64,000 bases of DNA. It comes from Candidatus Falkowbacteria bacterium (GTDB lineage: Bacteria > Patescibacteriota > Patescibacteriia > UBA11705 > JABHMO01). The notes beneath the pieces were generated by a model that saw only the letters and a program-made list of their open reading frames with translations, was not told where the DNA came from and did not search any database. The stretch covers positions 4,635 to 68,634 of the forward strand of contig JABHAL010000001.1 in assembly GCA_018674305.1 (NCBI GenBank), read 5' to 3'. Both the position numbers and the translations under genes were made by a program. Within the stretch, counting starts at the first letter, position 1. Every line of letters starts with the position of its first letter. Positions 57,983 to 64,000 of the stretch are shown one piece after another.

Positions 57983-58438
57983 TTAGTTTTTAAATACACC
58001 TTTTTCTGTTTGAATATAACATCCTGGTTCATCATACTGTCCAGCTCCATTTTCTAAATAGAATAGCACTGCCCAATCATAATCATCGACTTCAATAGGT
58101 GTGTAATCACACGCTTTATTACAAGTCGCAACAGTACAAACAGTATCACCCAAAGGATCTTTTAAAGTTGCAACTCCTGGTAAAAATTCCTCTAAAGTTC
58201 CGCCCGTACAAGTATGCATAGCATCCCCTGGATCACAATCAGCAACACCTTCAAACCCATATTCTTCTTGAACTAAGGCCATGGCTGTTTGTACAGCAGA
58301 TAAATCACTAAGACGTTTAGTATCACGAGCTTTTTCTCTAATGTTACCAAGAGAAACAACTGCTAGCGATGATAATAACCCAATAATGGCTATTACCACC
58401 AAAAGTTCAATTAAAGTAAAACCTTTGACTCTTTTCAT
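57983..58438 (-). CDS. type IV pilin-like protein
   Basis: [27 protein letters not shown]; N-terminal 45 aa nearly identical to its neighbour, C-terminus diverged. Confidence 0.75.
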   Translation of the reverse strand: MKRVKGFTLIELLVVIAIIGLLSSLAVVSLGNIREKARDTKRLSDLSAVQTAMALVQEEYGFEGVADCDPGDAMHTCTGGTLEEFLPGVATLKDPLGDTVCTVATCNKACDYTPIEVDDYDWAVLFYLENGAGQYDEPGCYIQTEKGVFKN

Positions 58439-58496
58439 ACTTTTTTTAAAGTTATTTATAATTTAGGTACTTTTGTTTAACTACTTATATATATTA

Positions 58497-59702
58497 TCAC
58501 ATATTTGTTGAAATTTCATACATTGGGAGTACTATCGCTGTAATCATTAAACCAACTGCGACGCCCAAGACTACCATTATAAATGGCTCCATCAGAGACA
58601 TCATATTTGAAATGAGATTATTAACTTCACGAGTATAAAAATCGCTGACTTTTTCTAGGACATCTTCAATCTTTCCGGTAGCCTCTCCTGTATCCAACAT
58701 TTGAGGTAACATTTTAGGGACTAATTTATTGTTTTCAAAAATTTCGCCAAAACCTCCGCCACTCTCTATATTTTCTCGTGTCTTATCAATCAAATCAGAA
58801 TAAACAACATTACCAACCATAGCAGAACTAATTTCCAGACCACTGACAACATCAACCCCACCAAGCATTAAAGTTCGCAGTCCAAGAGAAAATCGAATAA
58901 CAGAAATATAATTAAACAACTTACCAAAGATTGGCAATCGCAACTTTATATTGTCAATATGTTTTCGACCAACAACACTTTTAGAATAAAAATATACAAG
59001 TATTATAATAACAATAATTATCAAAAACACCAACCACCAAAAATTAACCATAAAATCACTTGTCCCTTTCAAAATTCTTGTCGCCAAAGGAAGTTGGGCG
59101 CCAGTTTGGGACAACATATCCGTCAATTTAGGAATAACAAAGACCATCATTAAAACGCCAATGGCAAACAAACTACCAACCACAAAGGCTGGATAAATTA
59201 ATGCGCCCTTGATTTTACTACGTAAATCATAATCCTTTTCTAATTGATCGGCTAAATATAAAAGCACTTCTTGTAAACGACCTGACACTTCTCCAGACTT
59301 GATAATATTAACAAAAAAATTATCAAAAACTTTTGGATGATTAGCCAATGCTTCAGAAAACTTTACTCCGCCTTCCACCTCAGTTGCCACTTCAACAATT
59401 GATTTTTTTAGTTTTTTATTCTTGGTTTGATTAACAACATCTTTCAGCGATTCAACCACAGGCACGCCAGCAGAAATTAAAATTGACAATTGTCGTGAGA
59501 AAATTACTAAATCTTTTGCCTTAACACCACCCAACATTAATTCCAAATTTGCTAAACCAGTTTTTTTTTCTTCAACAAATAAAACCATGAAGCCTCTTTC
59601 TTCCAAAATGTCCACAGCCAAACTTTCAGACTCAGCTTCAACTAATCCTTCAAATATATCTTCTTCTTGTTTTTTTCGTGCTCGATAACTGAATATTGGC
59701 AT
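58497..59702 (-). CDS. pilC: type IV pilus platform protein PilC (GspF family)
   Basis: duplicated GspF domains, 3 TM helices, 401 aa. Confidence 0.85.
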   Translation of the reverse strand: MPIFSYRARKKQEEDIFEGLVEAESESLAVDILEERGFMVLFVEEKKTGLANLELMLGGVKAKDLVIFSRQLSILISAGVPVVESLKDVVNQTKNKKLKKSIVEVATEVEGGVKFSEALANHPKVFDNFFVNIIKSGEVSGRLQEVLLYLADQLEKDYDLRSKIKGALIYPAFVVGSLFAIGVLMMVFVIPKLTDMLSQTGAQLPLATRILKGTSDFMVNFWWLVFLIIIVIIILVYFYSKSVVGRKHIDNIKLRLPIFGKLFNYISVIRFSLGLRTLMLGGVDVVSGLEISSAMVGNVVYSDLIDKTRENIESGGGFGEIFENNKLVPKMLPQMLDTGEATGKIEDVLEKVSDFYTREVNNLISNMMSLMEPFIMVVLGVAVGLMITAIVLPMYEISTNM

Positions 59703-59819
59703 AAACTATCACATATCATAGATCACATACCACGTATCAATCACCAAGTCATGTGCTACGTGTTATGTGCTACATATTATGTGTTACGTGTTATGTGCTA
59801 CGTGTTATGTGCTACGTGT
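59703..59819. repeat. tandem degenerate repeats (unit ~TGYTACGTGTTATG, 14-16 nt) filling the pilB-pilC spacer
   Basis: tcatgtgctacgtgttatgtgctacatattatgtgttacgtgttatgtgctacgtgttatgtgctacgtgttt. Confidence 0.7.
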
Positions 59820-61580
59820 TTACTCTTGCTCTTCAACTTCTTTGCTAACCCTAAAGACCTCCTCCAAAGCTGTACTGCCTTGTAGCGCTTTTATAATTCC
59901 GTCTTGTAATAAACTGACTACCCCAATCTCAGCCAACTCCTTCAGGACTTCGGCTTTTGGAAAATTATTAGCAATTAGAGAGCGCATTTTTTCATTAATA
60001 GGTAAAACCTCTGAAAAAACAACTCTTCCACTGTAACCAGAATTCTTACACGCTGGACAACCCTTACCCTTATATCCAGACAATTCTCCTTCTAAATTAA
60101 TATCTTTTGGCAATAGACGACGAGGTAATTTAGCCAACTCTTTGCGTATTTTATTTGCCGTTTCTTCAGGTAAAGGTGTTTTTTCCTTGCATTTAGAACA
60201 GATTCGCCGACCCAGTCTCTGAGCAATTACTAAATTTAAAGTTGAGGCTAATAAAAATGGTTCTACTTTCATATCAACCAAACGAGGAACTGAACCAATA
60301 GAATCATTAGTATGTAAAGTCGAAAACAATAAATGACCTGTCAGAGCAGCGTGTACTGACATTTCCGCAGTTTCACTATCTCTAATTTCACCAACCATGA
60401 TAATATCGGGGTCTTGCCTCATCAAAGAACGTAAACCAGACGCAAAAGTAAATTTCACTTCAGGACGAACTTGCGCTTGATTAATTCCTGGAACATTATA
60501 CTCAATAGGATCTTCTAACGTTGTAATATTCACTCCTTCTTTGTTCAAAATACTTAAAAGTGAAAACAAAGTAGTTGATTTACCAGATCCAGTCGGCCCA
60601 GTAACTAAAACCATGCCAAAAGTTTGCTTTAGTGCTTTGTGAATTATTTCAATTATATTATCACTAAAGCCAAGCTGTTCTAGCGACAGGGCCTTGCTAG
60701 AAACATCCAATAACCTCATTGTCACTTTTTCTTTGCCTGACAAAGGCATAACTGAAACACGTAAATCAAATTCATGTTTACCAGATTTATACTTAAATCG
60801 CCCATCTTGAGGAACACGAGTTTCGTCAATTTTCAAATTAGACAACACTTTGATACGAGAAATAATTGAATCATGAACATGTGCAGGAACAGTTAAAACT
60901 GTAGTTAATATTCCATCAATGCGATAGCGAACACGGGAAGATTTTTCAAACGGCTCAATATGTATATCTGAAGCCCTACTTTCTACAGCATGCTTAACAA
61001 TCATTGATACAATCTGAGCAACTGGGGCTCTTTTAATGACTTCCTCAATATTATCAGTTGACAGATCATCTTCGTCTTTTTTTTCTTCGCGCTCTTTTTC
61101 AACCTGATCAACTGCGCTGGCCACATCTTCTCCAAACACATTATAATTTTGAAACTTCTCCTGCCAGGCATGAAGAGAGCAAACATAGTATTCCACAGTA
61201 TAACCTTTACTGGAGGCCCAAAAATCCAAGGCTTCTCGAGCATCATAATCTTCTGGTTTAGCTAAAGCTAATTTTAATTTTGTTCCATGTTTAGAAAAAC
61301 ATAAGACGAAATGTTGCTCTGCTAAATTACGAGGTAAAACATCATTCACTTCCGCTGTAAGTTTTTCAAGTATTAAATTAACATATGGGTGGTTATAAAA
61401 CTCTGCCTCTGCCTGAGCTAAAACTTCTGCATCCACAAACCCACCCTTAACTAAAATTTCGCGCAAATCTTTGTCATTTGCGCTTTTTAGAACATTCTCA
61501 ACTTCCTGTTCCTGAATTTCCCTAATTGCCTTTTTCCCAACCAGGAAGTGTAATAAATTTTTTTGGTTTTCCCTTAACAT
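59820..61580 (-). CDS. pilB: type IV pilus assembly ATPase PilB (GspE family)
   Basis: Walker A GPTGSGKSTT, Asp box, His box, C-terminal CxxC...CxxC zinc motif. Confidence 0.9.
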   Translation of the reverse strand: MLRENQKNLLHFLVGKKAIREIQEQEVENVLKSANDKDLREILVKGGFVDAEVLAQAEAEFYNHPYVNLILEKLTAEVNDVLPRNLAEQHFVLCFSKHGTKLKLALAKPEDYDAREALDFWASSKGYTVEYYVCSLHAWQEKFQNYNVFGEDVASAVDQVEKEREEKKDEDDLSTDNIEEVIKRAPVAQIVSMIVKHAVESRASDIHIEPFEKSSRVRYRIDGILTTVLTVPAHVHDSIISRIKVLSNLKIDETRVPQDGRFKYKSGKHEFDLRVSVMPLSGKEKVTMRLLDVSSKALSLEQLGFSDNIIEIIHKALKQTFGMVLVTGPTGSGKSTTLFSLLSILNKEGVNITTLEDPIEYNVPGINQAQVRPEVKFTFASGLRSLMRQDPDIIMVGEIRDSETAEMSVHAALTGHLLFSTLHTNDSIGSVPRLVDMKVEPFLLASTLNLVIAQRLGRRICSKCKEKTPLPEETANKIRKELAKLPRRLLPKDINLEGELSGYKGKGCPACKNSGYSGRVVFSEVLPINEKMRSLIANNFPKAEVLKELAEIGVVSLLQDGIIKALQGSTALEEVFRVSKEVEEQE

Positions 61581-61616
61581 TAGAAAATTAAATTGTATTC
61601 AAAACTATTCTTATGA

Positions 61617-62027
61617 TTATTCAACAACAGGTACTTCAGGCATTAAATCTTCTGTCTCTACTAACTCTGTTATAGTCCCTTCTTCCAATATCTCGATCAC
61701 TATCTCAGAAGTTGGATCAAAAGGATTACTGATTTCTTTTTCAATTGAATCAATTTGCAATGGCCAATCACCATTTTTTTGTAAATTGATAAACTCCTCG
61801 TTGGTCAATAATTCTTCCTTGATTGCAGTAAACTCCTTTTCAATCTTACTGCTATTGCTACCAATACTAATCCCATCATTTGATATATCAATTTGCTGTT
61901 CTGCTGGTTGAAAATACAAAAATTCAGCCAACCCTAAAAATATTATAAGTAATAATATTATTATAGTTAAAATAATAACTGAAGGAATCTTACTCTTCTT
62001 CTTGTGTAATTGCATAACCTTCGCCAA
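61617..62027 (-). CDS. bitopic membrane protein, putative pilus assembly component (PilO/PilP-like position)
   Basis: single TM then acidic ectodomain; in the pil operon. Confidence 0.35.
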   Translation of the reverse strand: MAKVMQLHKKKSKIPSVIILTIIILLLIIFLGLAEFLYFQPAEQQIDISNDGISIGSNSSKIEKEFTAIKEELLTNEEFINLQKNGDWPLQIDSIEKEISNPFDPTSEIVIEILEEGTITELVETEDLMPEVPVVE

Positions 62028-62739
62028 AATAATATGTATTCATGGAAATATTGTAGGTATTGCCTTCTGGTGAATAAACAATTGACCTAATATCCAGCAA
62101 TCTCAAATTATTTTCTACATCATTTAAAAAGTTTTTTAGGGTAAAATAATCACCTCCAGACAAGCTAAGGTTAATAACCAATTTATGCAACTCAACTTTG
62201 TCCTTCTTCCTTTTTTCTTCGCCAGTTGATTGTTCAGCCGCAATATCAACCGTCGACAAAAACAAATTATGTTTATAAGCTAAAGCTTCTAATTGCACAA
62301 AAACACTAGGCAAATCTCTTTCGTCCGGCAAAACCTGCAAGATCTTTTTTGATGAATCTTCTAAATCCTCATAACTAACCTTGATAGATTTTAATTGGTT
62401 TAATTCCTGTTCCTTGATATCCAAGGTTTGCTGTTTTTTTTCAATTAGACCTTGCCACTCTACGATATTAACTTTATATAACCAATACCCACCATAAGAC
62501 ACCGCCAATAATACAATAATCACAACCAATAAAAAAATTAGACGATATAACCGAATAAAACTTTCTGCAAAATTAATAAATCCATTTTTCTTTTTTACAC
62601 CATCAGAAATTAAAGTTGGCCCTGCCTTGCGCTTGACCATGGAGCCCGGAACTTGTCTCTTCAGTTTAATATTATCCGGTTGATTGGACTTAACCTTGCC
62701 GGATTTATTAGGATTGTTCTGCTTTTTTTGTTCAAACAT
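61990..62739 (-). CDS. bitopic membrane protein, PilN-like (TM + coiled coil)
   Basis: TM LLVVIIVLLAVSYGGYWLY followed by a coiled coil, PilN-like architecture. Confidence 0.4.
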   Translation of the reverse strand: MFEQKKQNNPNKSGKVKSNQPDNIKLKRQVPGSMVKRKAGPTLISDGVKKKNGFINFAESFIRLYRLIFLLVVIIVLLAVSYGGYWLYKVNIVEWQGLIEKKQQTLDIKEQELNQLKSIKVSYEDLEDSSKKILQVLPDERDLPSVFVQLEALAYKHNLFLSTVDIAAEQSTGEEKRKKDKVELHKLVINLSLSGGDYFTLKNFLNDVENNLRLLDIRSIVYSPEGNTYNISMNTYYFGEGYAITQEEE

Positions 62740-62742
62740 AAA

Positions 62743-63858
62743 TTATTTCAATAATGCATCTTGTTTTAGCTTGAGTGTAATACTAAAGTCAATTGGGGAA
62801 ACCGGCGCTACTTCCACTGCTTCCACCGCCTCAATTTCATCACTTAATTCCAGGTCTAAAAAAGTTAAATCTTCCACGACTTCTTCAGGTGCTTGACTAG
62901 CAGAATTAATTTCTACAGAATCGACAAAATCTGATTCCTTGAACGTCAAAAGCTGTTCTGCCACATTGTTATAAGTTTTGGCTTTAGCACTTAGCACTAT
63001 ATTACCATTACTTTGAGCAACAAAATTTGTATAATATACATCTTTAACAGTATGGTGTTCCAATTTATCCAAAAACTGCGTCCAATAAATATGATTATTC
63101 AGGAGAATCTGCAAAACCTGGGCTCTATCCTTTAGCGAAATTGCTTGTATTTTTTCTAGACTATGAGAATTAATTTCTGCTTCAGTTTGATTTATAGTCT
63201 GACCTAATTCAGCGTACTGTTTTAATAAATTTGTTTTCTGAATTTTAATAAAAATATAACCACCAACAAAAATCATTGAGAATATAAAAACGACAACCAA
63301 TAAATTTCGTACTCTTAACCAAAACTGTCTACGTACCAACAATACATAATCCTCTTCCATTAAATTCACTTCAGGTTGTGGTCCTTGCTCTTGCCAATTT
63401 TTTTTGCCAAACTGATCTGCTAGCGGAGGAGGACTTACAACTTCTTCAAGCTGATCAGCAGTTTCCCGAATAATCTTTTTTCCTTTTCCATTCAACCGAT
63501 TAAGTATCTTTGGAATATGCATTAAAAAAGTTGATTCGTCTCGTTTTACTGGCGCAGGTGGTGGAGCAAGAGGTGCAACTGGCTTCTCAATCTTTGGTGG
63601 GGCGGGTGGTTTTAAGGGCTGCGGAGATTTTTTTTTAACCATTCGAAAAATTCCTTTTTTTTGTTCGGGCTTAGCGTTTTCTAGACCAATCTCAATACCA
63701 ACCTCCTGTTTTTTAACAGGTTGTTTATCACCCAAGGCATTTGTCTTTTCTTCTGGCAAATGCATCTTGAACTTAGGATCACCCATGGCTTGTTTAACTT
63801 TTTCCTTTTCCTGATCTTCTTTGTCCCGCAGGTCTTCTGGAAGTAAACTGATAGACAT
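62743..63858 (-). CDS. Pro-rich cytoplasmic N-terminus + TM + periplasmic domain protein, putative pilus assembly component
   Basis: first gene of the pil operon; PAPPKIEKPVAPLAPPPAP linker; TM LLVVVFIFSMIFVGGYIFI. Confidence 0.35.
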   Translation of the reverse strand: MSISLLPEDLRDKEDQEKEKVKQAMGDPKFKMHLPEEKTNALGDKQPVKKQEVGIEIGLENAKPEQKKGIFRMVKKKSPQPLKPPAPPKIEKPVAPLAPPPAPVKRDESTFLMHIPKILNRLNGKGKKIIRETADQLEEVVSPPPLADQFGKKNWQEQGPQPEVNLMEEDYVLLVRRQFWLRVRNLLVVVFIFSMIFVGGYIFIKIQKTNLLKQYAELGQTINQTEAEINSHSLEKIQAISLKDRAQVLQILLNNHIYWTQFLDKLEHHTVKDVYYTNFVAQSNGNIVLSAKAKTYNNVAEQLLTFKESDFVDSVEINSASQAPEEVVEDLTFLDLELSDEIEAVEAVEVAPVSPIDFSITLKLKQDALLK

Positions 63859-63885
63859 AAATTATACTGTTAAATTGCTATATTG

Positions 63886-64000
63886 TTATATTGCTAATTT
63901 TTCGTTTGTATACTTAATTAAATGATTTATTTCTCGAGGCATTTTTTCTAATGCACTTTTAATATACTTATATTGCTCTTCTAAAATTAATTTCCTATAA
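63886..64000 (-). CDS. partial CDS (C-terminal ~38 codons) running off the window end
   Basis: open frame ...KLILEEQYKYIKSALEKMPREINHLIKYTNEKLAI* on the minus strand; too short to classify. Confidence 0.2.
   Translation of the reverse strand, partial: YRKLILEEQYKYIKSALEKMPREINHLIKYTNEKLAI

Noticed and set aside
59703-59819. Possible CRISPR array (tandem repeats in several spacers)
   Set aside because: Repeat units are 7-16 nt and directly abutting, with no unique spacers, and no cas genes are present. They are microsatellite-like tandem repeats, not CRISPR.

Overview
AT-rich (~32% GC) bacterial window, almost entirely transcribed on the minus strand. The gene content suggests a reduced-genome, Patescibacteria/CPR-like organism; that placement is inference. 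Recognisable housekeeping blocks: SPFH protein, tgt, the mraZ-rsmH-ftsL start of the dcw cluster, a truncated tsaB, rplJ-rplL, a partial ribosomal operon infA-rpmJ-rpsM-rpsK-rpsD-rpoA-rplQ plus rplM-rpsI, mutL/mutS, alaS, mnmA, a DacA-like carboxypeptidase, cell-envelope genes (flippase, PgeF, GT4, permease, pyrH) and a type IV pilus cluster (three pilins, pilC, pilB, three bitopic assembly proteins). Several unusual units sit among these. (1) A tandem array of four paralogs that share a conserved ~75-aa helical N-terminal module carrying an ELxxISGG double-glycine-like motif, each fused to an unrelated C-terminal domain; it lies beside an FG-GAP/L,D-transpeptidase protein and a wHTH gene. (2) A GC-elevated five-gene cassette: an 800-aa AAA+ ATPase with a degenerate first ATPase domain, a membrane protein with a kinase-C-lobe-like N-terminus, and two small overlapping paralogs. 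(3) An ECF sigma factor coupled to a 1848-aa anti-sigma-like, alpha-2-macroglobulin-like giant surface protein that carries an embedded Hint/BIL autoprocessing domain. (4) A GC-rich three-gene insertion between mutL and mutS with two Cys-motif paralogs. (5) A 750-bp noncoding block with three perfect consensus promoters, two of them driving terminated noncoding transcripts that share a GTGTGTC...AAGCCTTAGGGCG motif, and one driving a 52%-GC small acidic protein gene. (6) A dispersed family of degenerate tandem octamer repeats (GTTAYRTG / TATATTGT) in intra-operon spacers. Other oddities: rpoA without its C-terminal domain, N-terminally extended S9 and S11, Tgt without its zinc cysteines, and AlaRS without the C-Ala domain. 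Nothing was searched against a database; all calls come from reading the sequence and the ORF translations.
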